Source of the DNA: Pontiella sp.
GTDB taxonomy: Bacteria > Verrucomicrobiota > Kiritimatiellia > Kiritimatiellales > Pontiellaceae
Direction of reading: 5' to 3'
Length of the DNA: 64,000 nt
Assembly (NCBI GenBank): GCA_050290185.1
Contig: JBNKHE010000001.1
Coordinates: 34,713 to 98,712 of the forward strand
In this document: in pieces, positions 19,548 to 27,650 of the stretch
Layout of the letters: every line of letters starts with the position of its first letter
Numbering within the stretch: the stretch's first letter is position 1
Notes under the pieces: model-generated
Databases searched by the model: none
Seen by the model: the letters and a program-made list of their open reading frames with translations, nothing else
What the model was told of the DNA's origin: nothing
Position numbers and translations under genes: made by a program

Positions 19548-20105
19548 TTGAAAGGCGATGAAATGCGGGCTAAATTAATTTTATCCTTGGCAGTGCTACC
19601 GGTAGTTTTCTGCGCATTATTTGTCAGATATACTCCTCCGATACATAATGTTGATGATATTCGGTCTGAATGTTGTCAGAAGCCGAAGGCCGGTGATGCA
19701 ATTTGGGACGGGGAGACCTTATCTGAAATAATGGATCATGCTGCTACTGGAAGCTATCATCATGTCCAGGCGTTGGTTGCCCATTATTCACAGTATTATC
19801 CCTTTGGTGATGAAGACTTCTACTGGCTAAGAAAAGGGGCAGAACTTGGCTATGAAGAAATGGAGCGTTGGCATGCTAATTTTTACGAGGATAAGAAGAA
19901 TCCTAATCTGAATGTGTATATCTCAAACGCCAACACTGAAATGCTTCGAAATCGGCATCTTTATGAAGTGATGGAGTCTGCTTTTTCAGGAGACGTGGAA
20001 TCCATTAGAGATCTGATGGTTTACTATGAAGAAAATTATCCAGAACGTGAAGAAGGGACGTACTGGAAGAATAAACTTGAATCGGTTGAGGAACGGGATC
20101 GGTAA
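19548..20105 (+). CDS. Hypothetical exported protein with two Sel1-like helical repeats (AT-rich)
   Basis: N-terminal hydrophobic segment; repeats 'A.TGS...VQALVAHYSQYYP...DFYWLRKGAELG' and 'AFSGDVESIRDLMVYYEENYP...GTYWKNK'. Start may be 19563. Confidence 0.55.
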   Translation: MKGDEMRAKLILSLAVLPVVFCALFVRYTPPIHNVDDIRSECCQKPKAGDAIWDGETLSEIMDHAATGSYHHVQALVAHYSQYYPFGDEDFYWLRKGAELGYEEMERWHANFYEDKKNPNLNVYISNANTEMLRNRHLYEVMESAFSGDVESIRDLMVYYEENYPEREEGTYWKNKLESVEERDR

Positions 20106-20118
20106 ACATCAAAGGTAT

Positions 20119-20268
20119 CAACGACCATCGTGAGCGGCAAAACCATGCTGCTGACAACAGGAAAAAAAGATCGTCCAAAAGCCGTCAGTCCATAAAAACA
20201 TCATTTTCCACTTCGCCAAGCTCGTTGCCGGCATAGTAACGCCCGCCTCTTTCGCCTATAGGCTCAGG
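20119..20268 (+). repeat. Direct repeat copy 1 (about 150 bp)
   Basis: Aligns with 21558-21683: CAACGACCATCG..AACCATGCT.CTGACAACAGGAAAAAA.GATCGTCCAAAA...CCAAGCTCGTTGCCGGCATAGTAACGCC.GCCTCTTTCGCCTA.AGGCTCAGG, with two short indels. Confidence 0.92.
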
Positions 20269-20425
20269 TCGCAGGAACGACCCTTTTTCAAAATGCTACA
20301 ACCGAGCGATAAGCGAGCTAGGCACCGCAACTGCGGTGCAACGAAGTGGCAATGTACGGGCTGACCCCTATCCTCTTGTCTATTGAGGAAGTTCCGAAAG
20401 GAAAATAATGAAGTTACTGGAATGT

Positions 20426-20459
20426 AAAAAAGCTCTGAATATTATGTTCAGAGCTTTTT
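20426..20459. terminator. Bidirectional terminator downstream of the repeat-protein gene
   Basis: AAAAAAGCTCTGAAT...GTTCAGAGCTTTTT. Confidence 0.75.
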
Positions 20460-20512
20460 GTTAATAAGTTTTAATTCTTTTTAGACCAGCTAGATTTGCT
20501 AGTCGATTTTAC

Positions 20513-21235
20513 TTAATACTGAAGCACGAATTCTTCCAAGGTAAGCCCATCATATGATTCTCCCGGCGCGCTCATGATAACCTCACGTGGATCAATCTTG
20601 TCTAGCTTGATAACTGCATTGCTTCCAGTTACTAAACGAATGCCGTTTTCGGCATAAACGTTGAACTGGTCATTCGTAGTCGAACTGAAAACATAGTCGT
20701 TTGACAGATTGCTGGATGACCATACAAATGTGTCGTTATGAGCGGCCCGTGCCATGAGTCCATTTGCATACGAACTGTAACCAAGGGCCTCACAAAACCA
20801 ACCGTTGGCCGATGAAATCACACCTGAGGCGATTGTGTATACGCCTTGAGCGTGAGAGACGGGGGCGCGGGCTTCCGTGTAATAGCCTTCTGCATGCGCA
20901 TAAAAGTTCGATGCCACTGAATAGTAGCCTTCCGCATGCGCGGCATAGCCATAGGCCGCTGTCAAGGAACCTTCAGAGTGGGAGTGTTTCCCGGAGGCCA
21001 ATGTTTGATACCCTTCGGCATGTGATGATTCCCCCGTAGCATGAGATGCCAAGCCCGCTGCATATGAATAATCCCCATCTGCAAGGCATGAAAATCCCTG
21101 TGCATGCGAATCCTTTCCATTCGCTGCCGTAAAGCTTGATCCGCTGGAAAAACTACCCGCGTGATCTATTGCATTGGCAAAACTACACAAACCAACAGCT
21201 GCAGTAATTATGAGGGTTTTATTGCACACTTTCAT
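20513..21235 (-). CDS. Secreted protein with about 9 14-aa 'A.G..SHAEG' repeats (YadA-head/Hep_Hag-like beta-roll)
   Basis: Signal peptide; repeats TAANGKDSHAQGFS / SHATGESSHAEGYQ / TLASGKHSHSEGSL / TAAYGYAAHAEGYY; then FVWS...FSST.NDQFNV.A.NGI. Confidence 0.75.
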   Translation of the reverse strand: MKVCNKTLIITAAVGLCSFANAIDHAGSFSSGSSFTAANGKDSHAQGFSCLADGDYSYAAGLASHATGESSHAEGYQTLASGKHSHSEGSLTAAYGYAAHAEGYYSVASNFYAHAEGYYTEARAPVSHAQGVYTIASGVISSANGWFCEALGYSSYANGLMARAAHNDTFVWSSSNLSNDYVFSSTTNDQFNVYAENGIRLVTGSNAVIKLDKIDPREVIMSAPGESYDGLTLEEFVLQY

Positions 21236-21557
21236 ATTATTCCTTTCAGTTTATGGTGTTTACATTTATCAGGCAGAGACAATGTCCCGATGTAGTCAAG
21301 ACTCTATAAATGCAAGATATAAAAAGTGATATCAACACAAAACATTATATATATTTAAATACTTTTAATTTAATATCATTCCAGAATTAAAATATGCCAA
21401 ATAAGCCTTGCTGCGGAAAGAGTAGCGCCGTTCTTGAAAAGGATAAGAACTCCGGTCTCGCCTTTGGAATATCGGATATTCATGTATACATGGAGACCGA
21501 TGAAAGCAATGGTAGGGGAAAAAGGTCGGGATGCGTCGCGTGGCAGCGAAAAGGCAG

Positions 21558-21683
21558 CAACGACCATCGAACCATGCTTCTGACAACAGGAAAAAAGGAT
21601 CGTCCAAAATCCGTTAGTCCAGAAAAACATCCAAGCTCGTTGCCGGCATAGTAACGCCAGCCTCTTTCGCCTACAGGCTCAGG
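21558..21683 (+). repeat. Direct repeat copy 2 (about 126 bp)
   Basis: See 20119-20268. Confidence 0.92.
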
Positions 21684-21715
21684 CCATCTGACCTCCCCCC
21701 TGCTGGTTTTTATCT

Positions 21716-21748
21716 CGCAGAGACGCAGAGGTCGCAGAGGTCGCAGAG
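21716..21748 (+). repeat. CGCAGAG(N1-2) x4 short tandem repeat
   Basis: CGCAGAGA CGCAGAGGT CGCAGAGGT CGCAGAG. Confidence 0.8.
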
Positions 21749-21835
21749 TAAAATATCAGGATGCAATGCTGCCTCCATTGAGAGGAAAGGACCGACCCTT
21801 CCGCTGCGATCGCTTGCAGGCAAGGCGTTCGGGTT

Positions 21836-22684
21836 CTAGGTACGCCGACGTTCTCGGGTATGAATGACCAAACCAATGCCGGCCAGTATGGCGATGCCGG
21901 CCAGTACCAGCCGGAGTGTGATCTGTTCGTTCAGAAAGATCACGCCGCCAATAGAGGCCAGCAGCGGAACACTGATCTGGACGGTGGCTGCAACGCTGGT
22001 CTTCAGCAGCGGCAACAGGCTGTACCAGATCACATAGACCAGGGACGAAGCGATGGCCCCGGAGACGATTCCCAGCATGACGCCTTCAGGCGATACATGC
22101 AGATGGGACCAGGCAAGTAAAAGACCGATGACCGCAAGCGGGAGCGTCCCGATAAAATTCCAGGCGGTATTGGCAACCGGATCCACCGCGCTAGCCCCGC
22201 GAATGGAATAGATACCCCACGCCACGCCGGCGATACCCATAAGGAACGCGCCGTGCACCGAAGGCATCGACACCCCCGGCAGCAGCAGATACACCATGCC
22301 GCCCAGCGCCAGCACCATCCCGCCCCATTCCCCTGTCCCCGACCGACTGCCTTTCAGCAGACCGACCGTCATCATGGTAAACTGCACCGCCCCGAAAAGG
22401 ATCAACGCTCCGGTCCCTGCGGACAGTTCCAGATAGGCCAATGAGAAGCAGCAGGCATAGGTAAATAACGCGACGACTGCCATGGGATCCTTTTTGCCGG
22501 TGGCTTGCGAGGATGTATGCTTCCTGAGCCCCAGCAGGATCGCCAGCGCAACGGCGCCGCTGATTAGTCGCAGCGCCGTAAAGGAGACTGCGTCGATCCC
22601 CGCACCGCCCAGGGCAAGCCGTCCCAGAATGGAGTTCGCGGCAAACCCCACCATCGTAACAATAATCAGCAACTGGGTTTTCAT
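21836..22684 (-). CDS. DMT/EamA family transporter
   Basis: About 10 TM; FAANSIL.RLAL, SFTALRL.SGA, GTGALILFGAVQ, QISVP..A..GG..FL.E. Start at MKTQLL. Confidence 0.9.
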   Translation of the reverse strand: MKTQLLIIVTMVGFAANSILGRLALGGAGIDAVSFTALRLISGAVALAILLGLRKHTSSQATGKKDPMAVVALFTYACCFSLAYLELSAGTGALILFGAVQFTMMTVGLLKGSRSGTGEWGGMVLALGGMVYLLLPGVSMPSVHGAFLMGIAGVAWGIYSIRGASAVDPVANTAWNFIGTLPLAVIGLLLAWSHLHVSPEGVMLGIVSGAIASSLVYVIWYSLLPLLKTSVAATVQISVPLLASIGGVIFLNEQITLRLVLAGIAILAGIGLVIHTRERRRT

Positions 22685-22927
22685 GGCCCCATCCATCCAC
22701 GATTGGGCAACATCCGTCAAGAAGGATGACCCCGACAGTGTCAGCGACAGCATCATCTGGCCAATGCACTGGTACAAAAATAACGGTGGTGGTGGAAAAA
22801 CAGATCCGGGATGCGGAAGTATAAAAAACCGCCTGTCATGAGCGCAGCCGAAAGGTCCGTCATGATTCGTCCCCCTTCCGACCTTCACTTAAATCCGAGG
22901 AGTGACCCGTTGCCATACCATTGCTGA

Positions 22928-23458
22928 TCAAGGAATGTGGCGCGTGGCCACGGTCTCTGCGATCATTCTGACCTGACCGTCGGCATTGAAATAGGTGGCA
23001 TGAGTGTTCATGGTGCTCCCATCGAAGGTTGTAACCGCCCGCATGGACAGCGATCCATCTGCATTGAACCCCTCTCTTAGAACCTCATCGCTTTCAGTTT
23101 GCTTCAGCGTTCCATGACCCGTCCTGCCATCCGAATACCGGCTTACAGTAGATGCCTCCGTAGCAGAAGTGCGGCGATATTCCACGTTGAACGACACCGG
23201 TTCGCCATCCGCGACACGAACCTCCCCTGTCATCCGGTAACATGCATTTTCTTTGTCCTGCACACACTCCCAGGTGGTAGACGCTTTCGCCATGATTTTG
23301 CCGTTAGGATTTTTCAGAACCGCCGTCTCGGTCCACTTGCCGCATATAAAATCGAGATAGTCGTTTTCGAACTTCTTGCCGGAGTGTGCTCCAGGCAGAC
23401 TGAAGCCAAATATAAACGGTACAATCAACAGCACCATGCCCCGCTTGAATAAACTCAT
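22928..23458 (-). CDS. Hypothetical secreted beta-rich protein
   Basis: Signal peptide, LDFICGKW then predicted beta strands (lipocalin/DUF1579-like, unverified); GGGGGAG RBS upstream. Confidence 0.55.
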   Translation of the reverse strand: MSLFKRGMVLLIVPFIFGFSLPGAHSGKKFENDYLDFICGKWTETAVLKNPNGKIMAKASTTWECVQDKENACYRMTGEVRVADGEPVSFNVEYRRTSATEASTVSRYSDGRTGHGTLKQTESDEVLREGFNADGSLSMRAVTTFDGSTMNTHATYFNADGQVRMIAETVATRHIP

Positions 23459-23529
23459 GCCGCTCCCCCCTTCTTCTTTACCGCCGCTTTCTTCTTCCAG
23501 GAAATGTTACAATGTACGGGCTGCCGGGG

Positions 23530-24294
23530 TCATGAATCGAGCATCGCGACCACACGGGCGGGTGCGGCGGATCCGCCTTTTATCTTCAAGGGAAAGGCGG
23601 CCACGGTAAAGCCGGAATCCGGCAGCGCATCCAGGTTCGTGAGCTGTTCCATGTGGCAATATTCATGGTCCACCCCCACTAAATGAGCCTCCCAGAACAA
23701 TTCCGGATTGTCGGTTTTCTTCGCCTCGCGGATCAGGTGCGGAAGAGGAAGATCCCAGCCCCACTGATCGATACCCATCACCTTGATCCCCTGCTGAATG
23801 AGCCATTCCGTTGCCGCGGCGGACATGCCCGTCCCCTTCTCGAAGAAGGCTTTCGTTCCCATGTATTGATCCCGCCCGGTTTTAATCAGCACAATCATGC
23901 CCGGCTGGAGCTCGATCGATTGCTCGTCCAGAAAACGCTGAATATCCTCTACCGTGATGGGATCAAAATCGTCCTTGTGCTTCATATCGACCACCACGCC
24001 CGGACCATAACACCAGTCCAACGGAACCTCATCGATGGTTTTAGCCGGCTGGCCGGCACAAGTCGGGGCATAGTGCCAGGGCGCATCCATATGCGTCGTT
24101 GAATGAACCCCCATCTTTTTGATGCAGTCGTCGGCCCAGCCGGTAAATTTTTTGGGGAACAGGCGGAAAGGAAGCCCGAACAAGCGAATCAACCATTTCG
24201 ACCGGGCATGCGCCTTGTGGGCAATCTTGACCTTCATGAAGACCGGATCCCCGGGCTGGTACTGGATCGTTTTTGATAGATCGATTATCTGCAT
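23530..24294 (-). CDS. Cyclase family (kynurenine formamidase-like) metal hydrolase
   Basis: IDLS, HSTTHMDAPWHY, VLIKTG, GID, EQLTNLDALP...FPLKI.GGSAAPARVVA. Confidence 0.92.
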   Translation of the reverse strand: MQIIDLSKTIQYQPGDPVFMKVKIAHKAHARSKWLIRLFGLPFRLFPKKFTGWADDCIKKMGVHSTTHMDAPWHYAPTCAGQPAKTIDEVPLDWCYGPGVVVDMKHKDDFDPITVEDIQRFLDEQSIELQPGMIVLIKTGRDQYMGTKAFFEKGTGMSAAATEWLIQQGIKVMGIDQWGWDLPLPHLIREAKKTDNPELFWEAHLVGVDHEYCHMEQLTNLDALPDSGFTVAAFPLKIKGGSAAPARVVAMLDS

Positions 24295-24301
24295 GTTGCA
24301 T

Positions 24302-25228
24302 TCACTCCACAAAATTACTTAATCGCCCAATGCCTTCGACTTCCAGTGCGATCCGATCACCACGCTTGAGCATGCGGCCGTTCTCAATGCCCGAGCACAT
24401 GGGCAGCGTTCCCGACCCAAAGAGTTCGCCAGGATGGAGGTCTTCTTCCCACGAGGCATAGGCAATCGCCTCCTGAAACGAGTACCGTTTGCCTTTGGAC
24501 GAACTTTCCTCCACCACCTCGTCATTGATCAACACACGCGCACGTAGTTCATCGATGACGTCCAGCAGTTCGGGTTTCCCGACCACCACCGACGATATGG
24601 CATTCCCGAAATTTTTCGATTTAACCGGACCAAAACCGCTCTGCATTTCATCCAACTGTATATCGCGCGCACTGAAATCGTTCAGGATCACAAATCCGGC
24701 GATCGCATCGGCGACCTCCTCGGGCAATGCGTTTTTCAAGGGCTTCGCGATGACCGCCGCAATTTCCAGTTCATAATCCAATTCGCGTGTATAGGCCGGC
24801 ATGGCGATCGGCTGGTTATTGGTGATAAAGTTGAGGTGGTTCCCCATGTAATAGATCGGAAACCGATAATAGCGTCGTGCCGGCTTGAGCTTTGGGAACA
24901 CTTGCCCGGTCAACCGCTCGAACAGGTTCACGATCGGCAAACGGCGCGGCATGTACTTTCGAACAAATCCCCGGGCTGCATTAATGGCATGCTGTTCATA
25001 CAGCATAAAATCCCGGTAGGCCACCGGATGAAACGGCAGGAGCTCCTCATATTCATCTTCGTTGCAGGGCATCAGTTCAAAAGTCTCAACCAACTCCGCC
25101 AACGTATAGTCCAGCAGGGCCAGCATGTTCCCGGCGGATCCTTGATCCAGCAACATCCAGCGTCCGGAAACCTCCGCCGCCAAATAGACCGATCCGGATG
25201 TGCGATGCCGCATGCGCTTTAATTTCAT
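24302..25228 (-). CDS. Fumarylacetoacetate hydrolase family protein
   Basis: RDFM.YEQH, LDYELEIAAVI, NDFSARDIQ, KSKNF, PGELFGSGT. Confidence 0.92.
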   Translation of the reverse strand: MKLKRMRHRTSGSVYLAAEVSGRWMLLDQGSAGNMLALLDYTLAELVETFELMPCNEDEYEELLPFHPVAYRDFMLYEQHAINAARGFVRKYMPRRLPIVNLFERLTGQVFPKLKPARRYYRFPIYYMGNHLNFITNNQPIAMPAYTRELDYELEIAAVIAKPLKNALPEEVADAIAGFVILNDFSARDIQLDEMQSGFGPVKSKNFGNAISSVVVGKPELLDVIDELRARVLINDEVVEESSSKGKRYSFQEAIAYASWEEDLHPGELFGSGTLPMCSGIENGRMLKRGDRIALEVEGIGRLSNFVE

Positions 25229-25385
25229 ATGCTGCCACCTCCTTTTCCAAACCCACCACCGCCGGGCGTTTCGATAATAAGCTGATCGCCGGAACCTAAT
25301 GAAAGTTGCGTCTTTTCAGGAAGAGTGATGGGAACGGTCTCTCCGGCGGGGAGGAGCTGGTTCTGGCCGGCAACAGGCTCAGTCC
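25225..25385 (-). pseudogene. C-terminal remnant of a hydantoinase B / 5-oxoprolinase gene
   Basis: GQNQLL...LPEKTQLSLGSGDQLIIETPGGGGFG is the family's terminal motif. Its stop overlaps the FAH start (ATGA); the 5' part is missing. Confidence 0.7.
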
Positions 25386-25729
25386 TAAGAAATGATATTT
25401 TCATCCAATCCCCCCTGAAGTTTACCAATAGCAAAACCGTAGAATAGTTTGAGAATTTACCCACTTACCTAAAATGAAACAAAGCAATTTCTACCTTCGC
25501 TTAAATCTACGGCGGGCGAGCAGGAGCAATGGCATGTGCGGAATGGCCGGTCCATAAGGCGGTGCGGTAACCGCTCCGGCGGCGGATCCGCATCCAAGGT
25601 ATGAATAGAGGAAAAGCTGGGAGGGATTGAACTTGGACGGGGGCTTTAACAAGAAGGCAACACGGTTACTCGGTTACGGGACCGGCACCTTCCCCGAATA
25701 TTAAAAGATAAAACCGCCCTGATTCCTCA

Positions 25730-26851
25730 TCAGCGGGAATGTCCGGGAACTATTTTGATCCACTGCGACCGGTCGCCGCCGGGGGGCTTGGCCTGCACTT
25801 CAAATGCCTTCCCTCTTTTCCTGAACTGGCCCTTTTCCATATCGCCGTCCGGATAATAGGTAACATCCTCGTTGGTGCACACGAACTTGTAGGTCGTTGT
25901 TTTTCCGTTCTCTCGTTCCGCGGATCCGACAAAGCCGAGCAACGTCTTGTCCGGCGCACGGTAGACGCACGCCGCGCTCCAGTTTTGCTCCACCGCAACA
26001 AATGCCAGGCGCGAGCCCTGGCAGGCTCGCATAAAGTTTCCGCGCGCCTCGTTGATCGGTCCCCACCAGGCCAGATAACCGGCCCCCACATCGGCGGCCA
26101 CCATCGCTTCGGCAATAGAATGCGATTCGGGACAAAAAAACTTTTTCCGATCGTCTATAACCTCTTCACCGAAGTCGATGAACTGCGTCATCGATCCATA
26201 AAGGGTGTGCGTGCTGCCGGCATCTATGTTCCGGTCGATGGCATCATACCACGAATCCGCCCACTCCGTATTCATGACGCTGGGGCCGACACGCAAAACG
26301 TGCCATCCCTTTAACCGCTCGAACAGCTCATCCAGGTCATCCTCGCTACCCATATTCCAATCGCCATAATCCGGCTCGTTGAACACCTCGACATACACCA
26401 CCTTGTGTCCCTGTGCCTCGATGTGCTCCCGGCTCTTTTCCATTACGTTGTACCAGCGCTCAATATCGGCACTTCCGTCGGAATCCTTGTACCAGTCGAT
26501 AATCTTTGCCTCGTTGTGGGGGGTGATCATGATTGGAATGTGCTTCCCGACCATCCGGGCGCAGTCCAAGGCCTCGTCCAGCTTGCGGATCTGATCGTCG
26601 CTCAGACTGCCGTCGTCCTTGGTTTTCTCGTGCATGTAAAACCCGACCCGCACAAAATCGATTTCCGGCCCCGCGTTTTTGACCGATTCCTGCGTGTTGT
26701 TCCAGCTCACCCAGGTGGAATCAATGCCCCACTCCTGAATCGCTTTCTTCTTTCCCGGGTCGCGGGTATTGAACTTGAGCGTTTTAACCGTTTCCGCCCC
26801 GCTCGAGAGCACCGCACCAGCCATCAGCGCACTGAAAACCCATCGCTTCAT
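25730..26851 (-). CDS. Secreted putative glycoside hydrolase (clan GH-A-like TIM barrel)
   Basis: Signal peptide; WGIDSTW, DFVRVGF, VEVFNEPDY (acid/base-like), GSTHTLYG, PESH (possible nucleophile). Confidence 0.6.
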   Translation of the reverse strand: MKRWVFSALMAGAVLSSGAETVKTLKFNTRDPGKKKAIQEWGIDSTWVSWNNTQESVKNAGPEIDFVRVGFYMHEKTKDDGSLSDDQIRKLDEALDCARMVGKHIPIMITPHNEAKIIDWYKDSDGSADIERWYNVMEKSREHIEAQGHKVVYVEVFNEPDYGDWNMGSEDDLDELFERLKGWHVLRVGPSVMNTEWADSWYDAIDRNIDAGSTHTLYGSMTQFIDFGEEVIDDRKKFFCPESHSIAEAMVAADVGAGYLAWWGPINEARGNFMRACQGSRLAFVAVEQNWSAACVYRAPDKTLLGFVGSAERENGKTTTYKFVCTNEDVTYYPDGDMEKGQFRKRGKAFEVQAKPPGGDRSQWIKIVPGHSR

Positions 26852-27103
26852 GTTGCTACTCCTTTAAAAACCCGCGAAAACAGGATTGCCTGTTCGAGGT
26901 TCCGTTCCGTTGAAGATATATTATCCGAAGGAAATAGCGAAGCGCTTCAACTCAACATTTCATAAACCATGCGACAAGATTTCCCGGCACCGCCTTGGTG
27001 TGGAAAGCCGGTTATTCACCTTCAGAAGCGCGTTGTGAATGAAATACGAAGTTAAGCGGTATCCAGATCACATTTAGTTCCGATATTGCATGAATACAGG
27101 CAC

Positions 27104-27139
27104 AAAAAAAACCTCCAACCCATTAAGGATTAGAGGTTT
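27104..27139 (-). terminator. Terminator after tRNA-Phe
   Basis: On the minus strand AAACCTCTAATCC...GGGTTGGAGGTTTTTTTT. Confidence 0.65.
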
Positions 27140-27143
27140 AAAG

Positions 27144-27219
27144 TGGTGGCGACTCCCAGAGTTGAACTGGGGACACGCGGATTTTCAATCCGCTGCTCTA
27201 CCAACTGAGCTAAGTCGCC
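27144..27219 (-). tRNA. tRNA-Phe(GAA)
   Basis: GGCGACT TA GCTC AGTTGGTA GAGC A GCGGA TT GAA AA TCCGC...CCCAG TTCAACT CTGGG AGTCGCC A CCA. Confidence 0.95.
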
Positions 27220-27289
27220 GTAAAAATGAAGCGCGCAGTATACGGGAACGCAATCTTCAGTCAACCGCTTTCGTTTCCAAAAGCGGAAG

Positions 27290-27415
27290 AATGGTCGGGG
27301 CGACTGGATGGCTTCGCCCTTCGGGGTTGCAGCTTCGCAGCAACCTCGCTCGCCAGCTCGCGTCAAACCAGCTTCGCTGGTTCTCACCCAGTCCGCACAC
27401 ACATTTAAAAAGAAC
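27290..27415 (-). repeat. tRNA-linked structured element ending in a duplicate of the tRNA-Pro 3' end
   Basis: The 20-bp AATGGTCGGGGCGACTGGAT at 27290-27309 is identical to 27416-27435, with hairpins in between. Confidence 0.8.
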
Positions 27416-27417
27416 AA

Positions 27418-27494
27418 TGGTCGGGGCGACTGGATTCGAACCAGCGACTTCTACGTCCCGAACGTAGCGCTCTACCAGGCTGAGCCACGCCCCG
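27418..27494 (-). tRNA. tRNA-Pro(CGG)
   Basis: CGGGGCG TG GCTC AGCCTGGTA GAGC G CTACG TT CGG GA CGTAG...GCTGG TTCGAAT CCAGT CGCCCCG A CCA. Confidence 0.95.
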
Positions 27495-27553
27495 ATTGAC
27501 CAAAAGAAGTGCGTAGTGTACGAATCCGCCGCGGAATGGCAAGCGGGAAAAGA

Positions 27554-27602
27554 GAGGAAACTTGAAACGCGAAAGTTGAAATTTGAAACCTGAAATATGA
27601 AA
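27554..27602 (+). repeat. Heptamer tandem array (NNNGAAA)x7
   Basis: GAGGAAA CTTGAAA CGCGAAA GTTGAAA TTTGAAA CCTGAAA TATGAAA. Confidence 0.85.
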
Positions 27603-27650
27603 CGTATCGCTGGCTCCCTGAAGAGGTGATACCGGGAAGGCAAATGAACC

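Noticed and set aside
21365..21651. ORFs of 80-85 aa overlapping direct-repeat copy 2
   Set aside because: Frames are not preserved in copy 1 and no domain is recognisable; at most decayed remnants.
19500..26900. Integron cassette array explaining the accessory genes
   Set aside because: No integron integrase and no convincing attC (RYYYAAC…GTTRRRY) sites seen; gene orientations are mixed.
27554..27602. CRISPR array (here or at other repeats)
   Set aside because: The repeats have 7-9 nt periods without unique spacers, and there are no cas genes in the window.
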